NCBI RefSeq assembly: GCF_009914755.1
Contig: NC_060930.1
Reading direction: 5' to 3' (one strand)
Length of the DNA: 64,000 bases
DNA from: the human T2T-CHM13v2.0 reference genome, Homo sapiens
Part shown: positions 1 to 20,639 of the stretch, in pieces
Position numbering within the stretch: the first letter of the stretch is position 1
Layout of the letters: each line of letters opens with the position of its first letter
Position numbers and translations under genes: made by a program
The notes under the pieces: model-generated
The model's database searches: none
What the model saw: the letters and a program-made list of their open reading frames with translations, nothing else
What the model was told of the DNA's origin: nothing

Positions 1-653
1 CCTCCTGAGTAGCTGGGATTACAGGCACCTGCCACCACACCGGGCTAATTTTCATATTTTTAATAGAGATGGGGTTTCACCGTGTTGGTCAGGCTGGTCT
101 TGAACTCCTGACCCTGATCTGCCCACCTCAGCCCCCCAAAGTGCTGGGATTACAGGCATGAGCCACCATGCCCGGCCCACACCTGCATTTCTAAAACAGC
201 ACATCCATGGCCAGACCTCCTACAACCTACACCTTCAGTTATTTTCTGCCCCCCAGGACAGGGTGGGGAGGTCATAAATTTACCCACTATTTCCCAAAAG
301 ATTAGATATTTCACAGATTAAATGGTTTATGATCCCAAAAGTTTAGGATTAAAACAAAATTCTCATAAAAGAAAGGTATAGGTAAAAGAGGAAGAAGAGA
401 TGGAGTGGGAGATACCGCAAACTGGAAGCCCTGGAGTCTGATGTTATTTCTGGTTCTCTTGGAGAATAAACCCCATGGTAACCTACGAGTCTCCTTGTGA
501 GGCTTTAACCAGGACTCGGCAGAAAGAACCAGGACTCCATATCGAGGGTGTCCAGCCCCAAATTCAGTTCTATGGAGCTAATAGTAAGTATAAGGTCTGA
601 AAGGAGAGTCATTAAGCACCTTCTATACACCAGACATTAAAAATCAAAACTCA

Positions 654-991
<338 letters not shown>

Positions 992-1118
992 TTATAAATT
1001 AAAAACGTTTCTTAAATAAATAAATAAAAACTAGGCTGGGCTCGGTGGCTCACACCTGTAAGTCCAGCACTTTGGGAGGCCGAGGCAGGCGGATCACAAA
1101 GTCAAGAGATCGAGACTA

Positions 1119-1316
<198 letters not shown>

Positions 1317-1991
1317 TCAATCAATCAATCAATAAAATAAAATAAATAAAAACTAAAGTAGAGCACGTCTTTCCCTTCGGGAGTTAAATTACATGCCATA
1401 TTACATTTTACATTTAACTCCCTTTGGGAGTTAAATTATATGCCCTTGGGCAATACCAAACCTCTGCTGGCCTCATATATAAAATGAGGATTGTTAATAA
1501 CCTCATCTCAAAGATAAAGTTCCTGGGGAAGACGGTAGGTTTCCCTTAAAGGTTAGCCTTCCTCTCCCACTTCGCGATGTGATTTGAGGATGCCTTCCTG
1601 ACCCCAAAAGCCTCTCTGTGACTACTACCACCTCATGGTAGTGTACTTAACAATGGATTTAGATTGTTGGATGTGAAAAAACAAGATCATGTTGAAAATA
1701 TTGTTATAATAACGTAAAATCTGATTATATTCATTTAGTCTCTATTAGAAGACTTGCTACTAATTTGTTTATTTATTTTCCACTCCTGATTATTATTTGG
1801 TGCTTCATTTTTTTTATTGTGGTAAAATATACATAACACAAAACTTTCTATTTTAAATGTACAGTGCAGTGGCATTAAGCACAATCACAAGGCCAGGCGT
1901 GGTGGCTCACGCCTGTAATCCCAGCACTATGGGAGGCTGGGGCAGGCATTCGGGAGTTCACTTGAGGTTGAGTTCAAGACCAGCCTGATCA

Positions 1992-2456
<465 letters not shown>

Positions 2457-2459
2457 TCA

Positions 2460-4120
<1,661 letters not shown>

Positions 4121-4324
4121 CAACCATTCAATTCCATATTTTCTATGTATTAATCACAATCTTTTTTTTTTTGAGACAGGGTCTTGCTCTGTCGCCCAAG
4201 GCAAAATGCAGTGGCATGAACATGGCTCACTGCAGCCTCGAACTCTTGGGCTCAAGCCATCCTCCTCCCACCTCAGAATCCTATGTAGCTGGGACCACAG
4301 GCACACACTACCATGCCTGGCTAA

Positions 4325-4471
<147 letters not shown>

Positions 4472-5472
4472 TGAATGTCAGACATTCTATAGAAAAACTG
4501 CAGAGGCTCTGGATGATGTTATCTTCTATCAAGAGGTTTCTCCTTATTCTCTGGCAGGCAGCAGGAGTGGGTGTACATCACCTCAGTACATTCAGTGCAT
4601 AGAGCTTTGAAGCTGTCTTGCAATCTTTTTAAGGTTTAGCCTTCCTCTAAATTGAACCCACTCCTAGGAGTTAGCCCTGCAAATGAAGCCTAGTGTGTTT
4701 ACTAAAACACTTCCTCCTTGGCTCCAAATTTTGACTCCTTACCTCAGTGCCATGAGGCTTCCACTCTGCTTTTCAACCTTTTCTGTTCGATTTCTCCAAC
4801 TCTAACCTTGTTCAGCTTAAGAATCAGTAGAGGCCCCAAGGAGGAAATGGGTATGCAGCCTTTACTGGGCTTACTTCTCTGCACTCCCTGGAGTTTGTAC
4901 CCTCAAGTCTCAGCTGTTCTGGCAGCCCCAAAACTCCAATGTTCACCTCCTGTGCCTCGTGAGATTGATGGAAGTTCTACCACTTTGATGCCTCTTAGCA
5001 TTCACCTTCTAACCAACTTCGAAACCTCTGTTAGTGCCAAGAACTGGCATTGACTCAGGGATCAAACTGCAAGCAGAGGGTGACGCTCATCTCAGTGACC
5101 CACCCTTATCTCCAATATTCTTCCCTTGAGTCCTTACTGCCTCAGTGCCTTCCAGCAGATGTTTTTGATATTATATCTGGTTTTTCTAGATTTCCTTGAT
5201 GGGAGCATGGTCTGCTACAAACTATACCCTTCTAGCCAAAATCAGGAATATTTTCATTAAGGTATAAACATTAGGCTGGGCACAGTGGCTCACATCTGTA
5301 ATCTCACCACTTTGGGAGGCTGAGGCGGGCGAATCACTTGAGCCTAGGAGTTAGAGACCAGCCTGGGCAAGATAGTGAAACCCTGTCTCTATAAAAAAAT
5401 ACAAAAATTGGCCGGGCGCGGTGGCTCACGCCTGTAATTCCAGCACTTTGGGAGGCCGAGGCGGGTGAATCA

Positions 5473-5691
<219 letters not shown>

Positions 5692-8600
5692 TTAAAGACA
5701 TAGTAATGCTTACAGAAGTTATGTTATGTTTTTAACATTGGCATTTCAGGAGTTAAATGCAGATGGCAGCGGTTCCGAGGAAGAGAGGAAGTGCTAATAG
5801 CCTCATTTTATAAAGTGACCTGTGATGATTCTAGAAAGAAAAGTAAAAGCAAGTTACTAATATGCTAAATTAGCACAATTCATGGGATGTGATCAAAATG
5901 TGCTTTATTTTTCCATTGCTCCTTGCAAATGTCTTCAGTGATGTTCCACTTCTCCTGCTCCAGATGACATCTTGGACTAATCCCGTGACATTTCTGTTCA
6001 CTGCCAGGTAATAGACTTACCACTGTTATAACTGCCCAACAGGTTCTGGTAGATGCCTAAAACTGTCTCTTTCTTTCATGGCACTTGCAGAGGCTGACCC
6101 AGGAGGGTCTCTCTGGGTGAAGTACCTAGGATGTGAGTGGTGCGTCACCTTCAGCTGACCTCTCTCCACTCAACCCTTGGTCCTCTAGCAACTCACTTAA
6201 CAAGGAGGCTGATTATTTGCATCCATCACATTCCCAGTCTGTCCTCTTAGGCAGGACTTTAAGTGGCTCCAGGGTTCACTCTGCCATGTGGTCCACAAAC
6301 ACTCATGCTCCTATTAAGTGGCCACTGGAGGAGAATGCAGTTATTCCTGAGCGCAACAGCCACCCTCTCGGATTCCATCATCCAAGCTGCTTTCTGGCTC
6401 ACCATCTAACCTTTGTTGACCTTCAGACTTGATAGAATAGGAATTAGATACTAGTCCACTCTGTCCCTCAAATCCCCGGGGATACTTTGGGAGCCTCCCC
6501 ATTTGGTCCAGGGAAAGTCCATGCTTATTTTGAGGAAATGAGGCAGGCGATCTCTGTCTCAGCCCCTTGGTGGGATATGTGGATGAGGCTCACAGTCAAC
6601 CTTCTCCAAAGAAACCTTCCTCGAACAATGCTCTCATCCTCTCCACTCCAGCGCTTCTATATTCTCCATGAAGTAGTGGGTAAAGAGGAGCTTGAGAGTC
6701 ATTAAACCGGATGTTGACCATTTCCTTTGTAATCTGCATACAGGACTTGGCTTCACATCCATTTTGGCATATATCTTACTGGCACCTCAGTCAAAATGAA
6801 GAGAGGAAGCATCCCACTTTCCCTACTGTTAGGAGTACATTGCTTCAGGTTATGATTACAGCAAATAGAACAACCAACGGTCTCAAATGTAAATGCAAAC
6901 CATGGCAGGCAGCTAAACCCATGCATGAAACACACTCTGATGTGAGAAAGACTATTGGACTTGCTTTGTCAATTTGTAATTTTCCCACATGGGTACGGGG
7001 AAATATTTTGTTTGCTATAAGAAAAGAAAGAGGCCGGGCATGGTGGCTCACGCCTGTAATCCCAGCACTTTGGGAGGCCAAGGCAGGTGGATCACAAGGT
7101 CAGGAGTTCAAGACCAGCCTGGCTAAGATGGTGAAACCCCGTCTCTACTAAAAATACAAAAAATTAGCCAGGCGTGGTGGCGGGCGCCTGTAATCCCAGC
7201 TACTCGGGAGGCTGAGGCAGAGAATTCCTCGAATCCGGGAGGTGCAGGTTGCAGTGAGCCAAGATCGCGCCACTGCACTCCAGCCTTGGCGACAGACCAA
7301 GACTCCATCTCAAAAAAAAAAAAAGAAAAGAAAGAGACCAATGATGAGAAATGTCAATTTACACTCAGCCTCAGCACTAAAGAGCAGTAAGGAGTGGGGA
7401 CATCTGGGGAAACTGGAAATCTGAGGGACCGACAGTCGTTATTCAGCTCAGGTCAACAGCTGCCATAAAAGAATGCAAACCTCATTTAAATATTTGAGGA
7501 TTTTTCAAGAGAAGTAGGAAAATCTATATTTTTTTATTTAACTTGATCCTTTAAATGTTGGCTCAAACGTTTTTTCAACAGCATGCAGGCCAAACAACAC
7601 TACCCATCTATACCCTCTACAAGACAGACACAAAAATAGTGAGCTGAAAACTCATGTATCAGAGCAGAAAGTCAGTAAATATTTATTTAAATTGATGCCT
7701 TTACAGATAGTGATTTTAGCACAGTACTTAGACCTGTGAAGAAAACTGAAAGAACAAAAAGCTGAATGAGTTAAAAGTGGTTATCTTTAAGGACAGCGTA
7801 AGAAAGACTATAGTTTTTATTATTTATACTATTTTTTGTTGTTTAAATTTTGTTATTACCTTAAGAAAAAAAATTAAAAAGGAATCAAAAATCTCTCCAC
7901 AAAAACCCAACTCTGGTTTGACTTCCTTAGCTGGAACCTGTATTTCTATCATCAGACAACAGAAACCATTGCATTCCTGCTGCACCGAGGCCATAACAGC
8001 AACTCCACCAGCTTTGCAGAAATGATAACTGTGCAAGGTTCATCAAGTTCTGTGACCAGCTTCGGTGTCTGTAGCCTCCTGTCCCACACTGGGTTGCTCA
8101 ATATCTTGTTCTTTGCACATACCTAATTCTTCCTGGCAGCTCAGAGAGGGTGTTGACCATATCTGAGGACTTGCAGAGCATGTCCCCAACTCAAGGACCA
8201 CATGGAGCAGCCTGGAGGCCTCCTCCAGCCCCAGCCAATATCCAGTGACTACACGGGATTTTATCACTGAGCTTTCTGTCACCTCCCACTGCCCCCGCTT
8301 CATTAATCTAACACCATCCTTGTGGCTACATCTCTACTCACAAAACCCTCTGAGACAGCCACAACCACCCCCATTCACACCCCTAGAATACCTTTGTCTC
8401 CGTGGGTTCTCCATCCAGATTACACAAGCACAAGTTTGTATCCTCCATCTTGCAGAACCTCTCCCCAATCCTTGGAACAAGAGTCATTTGTCCTCAGCTT
8501 TCTTCCAACAAAAAGATGGCCCAGAAAGATGGTCCAGAGATTACTCCTATCCCAGAATGATATAAACTACAAGATTTTTGTTTTAATAAAAATAGCTGGG

Positions 8601-9791
8601 CTAGGCACCGTGGCTCACGCCTGTAATCCCCACACTTTGGGAGGCCAAGGTGGGTGGATCAGGAGTTGACGTCAGGAGTTCAAGACCAGCCTGGCCAACA
8701 CAGTGAACCCTCGTCTCTACTGAAAATACAAAAATTAGCCAGGTGTGGTGGTGGGCGCCTGTAATCCCAGCTACTTGGGAGGCTGAGACGGGGAGAATTG
8801 CTTGAACCTGGGAGACAGAGGCTGCAGTGAGCCGAGATCGCATCACTGCACTCCAGCCTGGGTGACAGAGCGAGACTCCATCTCAAAGAAATAAAATCAA
8901 ATAGCTAACAGTTGTTGAGTGTTTTACTTCACACTGGGTATTGTTCTAATCTCTGTGGTTTAGGTACATTTATCTCCATTTTAAGCCAAGGAAACTGAGG
9001 CACAGAAAAGTTAAGTAACCTGCTCAAAGCAAAAACTTAGTAATTGGCAAAGCATTTGTGTTGTTTTTGTTGTTGCTATTGTTGTTGTTGTTTGAGACAG
9101 GGTCTCACTCTGTCACCCAGGCTGGAGTACAATGGTGTGATCATGGCTCATTGCAGCCCCAGCCTTCCCGAGCTCAAGCAATTCTCCTACCTCAGCCTCC
9201 TAAGTAGCTGGGACGACAAGCGTGTACCACCATGCCTGGCTAATTTTTTTTTTTTTTTTGTACTTTTTGTAGAGTTGGGGTTTCGCCATTTTGCCAGGCT
9301 GGCCTCCAACTCCTGAGTTCAAGCAATCCTCCTGCCTTAGCTTCCCAAAGTGTTGAGATTACAAGCATGAGCCATCATGCCTGGCCACAAAGCCTTTGTT
9401 TTAACCCTGCTTCGACTCCAGATCCTGTGCTCTTACTACTAAAATTATATAGTATTTCAATATCAAACAGCCCATGAATGCAAAACGATACACCCATAAA
9501 ATAGGATGTAATCGCCAAAATCTAATTCTATTGCATCTAGAAGATCTTTATCCACAGTGAAAAGAGTTGAACATCATTGACAGGTTTGAATACATTCAAT
9601 ATTTATACTCTTACCTCCCCCCACCATTACAAATTGTCTAAATGGCATTCTAAGCCTTTATGAATTCAATTAAAAAGAAAAATGCCAAGGCCTGCTCGCT
9701 AGAGGTCGCTTTCCTAACTATGGGGTCCTGTTAGTCTTATAGAGTAAGACAGCAGAGTAGGCCAAGAAAGTGATGGCAGCAGCCATCAGTG

Positions 9792-9810
9792 TGACCAGCA
9801 GATGGCATTA
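9792..9810 (+). promoter_or_regulatory. Candidate CTCF site
   Basis: TGACCAGCAGATGGCATTA fits the CTCF core CCASYAGRKGGCR in unique sequence. A weaker same-orientation match lies at 9693-9711. Confidence 0.55.
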
Positions 9811-11272
9811 GAGTCCCACAGATCCTGAGATTGAGCCATAGCTAAGCAACTTCACTAGGCATACCACATCTGTCAAGGCAGGTTATGCTAAGCTTATTAT
9901 TTTCACAAACGTTTAAATATAACGCTATTTGGTTGTCAAGATAGTCCACCCAAAACTCATACACAACTCATCTTCTGGGAAAACAGAATAAGTAAGATGT
10001 GTTGCTAGAAATAAGGTAGTGAAGGAAAAAAATAAGAGGATTGATTGACAGGAATGAAAACTCAGACTGGATTTTGAGGCTGTTTCTGGATGGCTTCCAC
10101 CAAAAACCATAGACCCATCTAAGATCAGGGATACAAGGAGGGCTCATGGCTTCCAGCATTTTCCATTGGCCCTCAGCAAGGTGCTCCCCAAGATCAGCGG
10201 TCAAGAGAGGTGGTCAATACACACCAGGTTACGTGAGGACTTGGTTATTCTAGAGGAACCCAGAACACAAGTCCATGGCCTTTTCAACCATGTTAGGCGT
10301 TGGAGGCCACGTCAGCCCCCATGGATCCACTCTACAACTTTATAAAGAATTTGTTAGGCACCAGTGGCTTGCTTCAGAGTTCTAGTTCCTATGCTGTCAG
10401 GGAGTCTACAGCATCCCTATCCACAACTTACCTCCAGGATTTTGCTTAATTTCTGTGGAAAGCGATCTCAACTTCCCAGTTCACACACAGATGCAACCAG
10501 CATGAGACATTCCTAGAAATCAACAACCTTTGGTGACTGGTCTATCTCATGCTATTCTACATACTGCTTGCTCACTTCACAAATACGACATTCCAAGAGC
10601 ACAAGGCTATCTGGTAAGGATGAGTATGGAGATAAATATTAACATCTTTTTACTGTGATGATTTAGCTGGAATAATTAAAACTTATATTTCCACTTATGA
10701 AGACTCTGCCTTTTGTTTTTTTAATAGAGATGGAGTCTCGCCATGTTGCCCAGGCTGGTCTCGAATTTCTGGGATCAGGCAATCCTTCTGCCTCGGTGGT
10801 AAGATTACAGGTGTGAGCCACCGTGCTCGACCTGAAGATTCTGTTTTACCGCAAGTAAAACCTACCCCCCTTTATCAACACTGTAGAGACTGTTAATAAG
10901 TGGCGCTTCTCAGAGCCAAGTACTGAGAGCAACAGTCACATCTTGAATGATGACCGAGACCAGCAACAAGTACTTCTACTTGTATTTTTACTGACTTTAG
11001 TTTAAAAATTTTTACTCATTTTAGTTTTAAAAGTATGTCTTTTTAAAGATATATATATATTTAAAGTATATCTTTTTTAACATATACTTTTATATCTTGA
11101 GATGTAAACCGAGAAAGGTGAAAGCACTAAGGAAAACCACTTTTTAGGCAGGCTGGGGTACTTAGAATAGACCATTCATAGAAGAAAGATTTAAAGGAAC
11201 CAGAGAGCTCAACCCAAGAGACAGAACACATATCTGGACTTGTTTGTGCACATCTTCTGAATGCCTTTGTAG

Positions 11273-11675
<403 letters not shown>

Positions 11676-11884
11676 TAACGTTAAATTTAAATAGTTCCTC
11701 CCCTGTAAAATATTCTCCAACCTCCTCAACCACGGTCAGAATCAACAGCTCCAACGTCTCACCCCTCAGTATGTTTTACAAATTGCCATCATTTGTAAAA
11801 ATCTATCCCATAGTAATAAAAGCGAACAAAGTGCCATTATTAAAGAGTTTATCAATTAAGTCATTGTCAGGCAGGTGACTTGCT

Positions 11885-12440
<556 letters not shown>

Positions 12441-12647
12441 TAACTTTGTATTAGTTTACCTACTAGATAGGTTGTTCCTCACTGTATATCAGAATCACTG
12501 GGGATATTTAAAAACAAACAAACAACAACAACAAAAAAACCTGATGTCCAGGCCCTACCCAAGACCTATTTTAAAAGATTGTTGAGGCTGGGTGCAGTGG
12601 CTCACACCTGTTATCCCAGCGCTTTGGGAAGGAAGGCAGGTGGATCA

Positions 12648-12914
<267 letters not shown>

Positions 12915-13299
12915 TCAAATCTTCCCTGGTAAGTAGCATGCTCCAGGGTTGGGGACCACTGTGTTGGATTGTGACCCCTTTGACAACAGGAACTAATTGT
13001 CTCTGCATCCCCAGCACGTGGGTTACTGTCTCAGACATGTATGAATTTAGTAACGTCTGTTGCACGGAACAGAGGATCTGAGAAGATCTAGAAGGATGTA
13101 AAATCCAAGTGTATCCTCAAAGCACCTCCTAAGACCCTGCTATGGCTTTAGATGTAACTATTTCCCATCATTATACCTCTGTGCCTCGGAGAGAAGGCTT
13201 ACCTGAGTACCGTTAAGGACACTTGGGGACTAAAGGGTGGGAGAAGAACATTGGTCAACTGCAAAATTTTTCATGGAAACGCAGAATTCATACTGATAG

Positions 13300-14183
13300 T
13301 GTCAGAGGTATTTGAACCACAGCAACTCCATCTTGAATAGGGGCTGGGTAAAATGAGGCTGAGACCTACTGGGCTGCATTCCCAGATGGTTAGGCATCCT
13401 AAGTCACAGGATGAGATAGGAAGTCAGCACAAAATACAGGTCATAAAGATCTTGCTGATAAAACAGTTTGCAGTAAAGAAACCGGCCAAATCCCACTAAA
13501 ACCAAGATGGCGATGAGAGTGACCTCTGGTCGTCCTCACTGCTACACTCCCACCAGTGCCATGAAAGTTTACAAATGCCATGGCAATGTCAGGAAGTTGC
13601 CCTATATGGTCCGTAAAGAAGAGGCATGAAAAATCCACCCCTTGTTTAACATATCATCAAGAAATAACTTGGCCAGGTGCGGTGGCTCATGCCTGTAATC
13701 CCAGCACTTTGGGAGGCCAAGGTGGGAAGATCATGAGGTCAGGAGTTCGAGACCAGCCTGGCCAATATGATGAAACCCCATCTCTACTACAAATACAAAA
13801 ATTAGCCGGGCATGGTGGCACGTGCCTGTAGTCCCAGCTACTCAGGAACCTGAGACAACTTGAACCCGGGAGGCGGAGGTTGCTGTGAGCTGAGATTGCA
13901 CCACTGACTCCAGCCTGGGCAACAGAGCAAGACTCTATCTCAACAACAAAAAAAAAAAAAAAAAAAAAAAGAAAGAAAGAAAAAGAAAAAAAGAAATAAC
14001 TATAAAAATGGGCAATCAGCAGCCCTCGGGGCTGCTCTGTCTATGGAGTAGCCATTCTTGATTCCTTCACTTTCCTAATAAACTTGTTTTCTCTTTACTC
14101 TGCAGATTCACCCTGAATCTTGTATTGCATTAGATCCAAGAACCCTCTCTTGGGGTCTGGATCGGGACCTCTTTCCTGTAACA
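13300..14183 (+). mobile_element. MER41A solo LTR (ERV1) with a nested Alu at 13671-13990
   Basis: TGTCAGAGG...CCTGTAACA termini and 4-bp TSD ATAG (13296-13299, 14184-14187). Nested Alu has TSD AAGAAATAACT. Lacks the TTCCGGGAA GAS block of MER41B. Confidence 0.9.
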
Positions 14184-14672
14184 ATAGAGCAGCAAAAATT
14201 ATGAAGTTAAGCTAAAGCCTCATTGGGGGAATTGAGAAAATACCTTCAATTCCTGTTTGATAGCACCGTCCAGTCTCAAATACTGTTCACCAGAAATCTC
14301 CTGAGTCCTGTCAGCATTGGCATTTCTCTGGAGATGTGAAATTTGCTATGCCAAGGCACACGGTGCCTGATAAAACCTAACTAGCTTGACGGAAAAATGT
14401 TGAACCATCAAAGGCCTCTGAAGGATAAAGGACACGGATTTTAGAAGTTGGAAACAAAGTAACCAGGAATTTTCCCACAAGACTCTAGAGGCTGTTAGAA
14501 CTATGAGAGAGCATAGGAGAATTTTTATATTACTTTAGAAAGGCTGATTGTTGTGAAGTGTGCAAACAGAAAATAGAAAGGTTTGGATTCCTGAAATTAG
14601 AAGCTATTCTTCTTTTTGTGTGTGTCTTTTTTGCAATGTAAAGCACAAACTGTGAAGGGGACAACATTTTGA

Positions 14673-14996
<324 letters not shown>

Positions 14997-15639
14997 TGAG
15001 TGTTCTTTCACCTTGCCATCCCAATTCAATAGAGCTCAGTTTTTGGTTTTTTGTTTCTTTTGAGACAGAATCTCACTCTGTTGCCCAGGCTGGAGTGCAG
15101 TGGGACGATCTCGGCTCATTGCAACCTCTGCCTCAGTCTCCGAGTAGCTGGGATTACAGGCACATGCCACCATGCCCGGCTAATTTTTGTATTTTTACTA
15201 GAGATGGGGTTTCGCCGTATTGGCCAGGCTGGTCTAGAACTCCTGATCTCAGGTGATCTGCCTCGGCCTCCCAAAGTGCCCGAACTACAGGCATGTGCCA
15301 CCACGCCTGGTTATTTTAAAAAAATTTTGTACAGACAAGGTCTTGCTACGTTGCCCAGGCTGGTCTCAAACTCCTGAGCTCAAGCAATCCTCCCACCTCA
15401 GCCTCCCAAAGTTCTGGGATTACAGGTGTAAGCCACTGCACCCAGCCAGCTATGACTATTTGAACCTTATCCCAAGATCATATCACTACCCTTAGGACCA
15501 ATTCTGTCCTTCAGTAGGATCTATTAAAGCATGTTAGGTAGTCTAACAGTATAGAACTCAGTGGGGTCTTCCTTAACTTGCTACTGCTCTCACCTTATGC
15601 CCATTTCAATATTTATACATTTACCTTTTTTCTGAGACA

Positions 15640-17590
<1,951 letters not shown>

Positions 17591-18285
17591 GTGTGTGTGT
17601 ATGTAAGCGTGTGTTTGAAGACTACTAGTGTGAATGAAAATATCAATACTTCATATCAATACTTCATGAGTTGATTATTATAAGTGGTCACAAATAGATT
17701 CAAATACATTTGAATTTTTATTTGCTCAGTTACAATTGAGTTATACCCCATAAGAAAAGCAGAGAAAAAAGAAAAGGCAGATAAGGTTAAGACAATTAGA
17801 AACAGAAAAAGAAGGCTGAACCACATATAAAAGGGATTCCAGGGACAAGGAAATGAGTCAGAGCCTCCTAGATTTGCTCACAGAAAAAAATAAAAAAGAG
17901 AAAATATAGTATAATTAAACCTAGCTCATGGCCACAGGAAGGAGTTGAGAAGTTTGAACACATCCAGATCTCAAGAGTGGCGAGGTGTGTGGTTGTTATT
18001 TAAGTACAATTTAAACCTGAGACTGAATGAAGAGCCCATAAATCACTAGTAGAGACTGGACAGGGGCCACCCCAAGCAGTAAATTACTAAAGCAAGTGAG
18101 GACAGCAATATTCAATGAGGATATATTAAAAAACAAACAAACAGATTGATTACTGTGTAAATGTATCAATGTGCTCTCTACCCCCCACTCTAAACTTCCT
18201 CCCCGTATTAACTACAGGGAAATCATACTCATCAAATTTAGATTCTGGTAGCTCATACTTAAGTGGAAGGCAAAAAGGCATTGAA

Positions 18286-18805
<520 letters not shown>

Positions 18806-18937
18806 TAGGTCATTTTTAGACACCTGATTTACTCAATTTACTCACTAAGACCAGTTGGTGGTCATATATAGAGCTTTCAGATGAGGGGGAAACATCCCCT
18901 TTAAGATGAAAAAAAAGTCTATTATTCCTTACATTAA

Positions 18938-19317
<380 letters not shown>

Positions 19318-19771
19318 TGACAGAGGCTCTGAATTAGTAGAGGATTTATTGATCACTGTTGATTGTCTGATTTGCACTCATTCACTATATATTTACCACT
19401 GACTTCTTACCACATAGCAAGTACAACTGCTCAAAGCACTGAAAAGCATGAGACTGGAGGGGTGCAATGGCTCACACCTGTAATCCCAGCACTTTGGGAG
19501 GTCACAAGGGCAGATTGCCTGAGGCCAGGAGTTTGAGACCAGCCTGGGCAACATAGTGAGACCCCCTGTTAATACAAAAAAATTAAAAAATTAGCTGGGC
19601 ATGGTGGGACGCTGGAATTAATACAAAAAAATTTAAAAAATTAGCTGGGCACACTGGTAGTCCCAGCTACTTAGGAGGCTGAGATGGAAGATCTCTTGAA
19701 TCCGGGAGGTTGATGCTGCAGTGACCTATGATCATGCCACTGCACTCTAGCCTGGGTGACAGAGACTCTGA

Positions 19772-20154
<383 letters not shown>

Positions 20155-20639
20155 TAACGGTGAAGAGGAGAGATAAATAGATACAGGTACTACATGAGAT
20201 ACCATGACACCATGGAAAGAGGGAACTCAAGTTTATCTTGAGACAGGGAAATAATTATAGAAGCAGTGATGTTTTTGCCTCGACTTAGAAGAGTAGGAGT
20301 TTGGAACCTATACAAGTTGGGTAAACAGCATGTAAAAAACAAGGTGTTCAGAGAGCATGGTACCACTGAGAACTTACAAGTGGCTTGATATTTTTGGAGC
20401 ATGAAGTGTCACAAGAGAATAATTATAAGTTGGCACCACATGCAGCAAATGCAAATTAGTGTGACATGGACAGTTGCTGTGACAGAAGTATTTTATAAAG
20501 AAGGTTGTTATCAACCTGCAAAAACACTTTAAAAATGGTACAGAAAACTTAGTGTTTTCTTCTAAGCCAAATTCATATTTCAGCCTCTTTGAACTCTGGT
20601 TAGATTGTCTCTCAGTTTCTTTTAATAAATTACTTTGGT

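Noticed and set aside
513-524. GACTCGGCAGAA resembles the start of STMN2 cryptic exon 2a as I recall it
   Set aside because: Only 12 nt, does not extend, and lies 40 kb from the retrocopy; treated as chance.
8043-8303. Minus-strand ORF containing VLELGT, like methyltransferase motif I
   Set aside because: No following glycine-rich loop and no other methyltransferase motifs or supporting exons.
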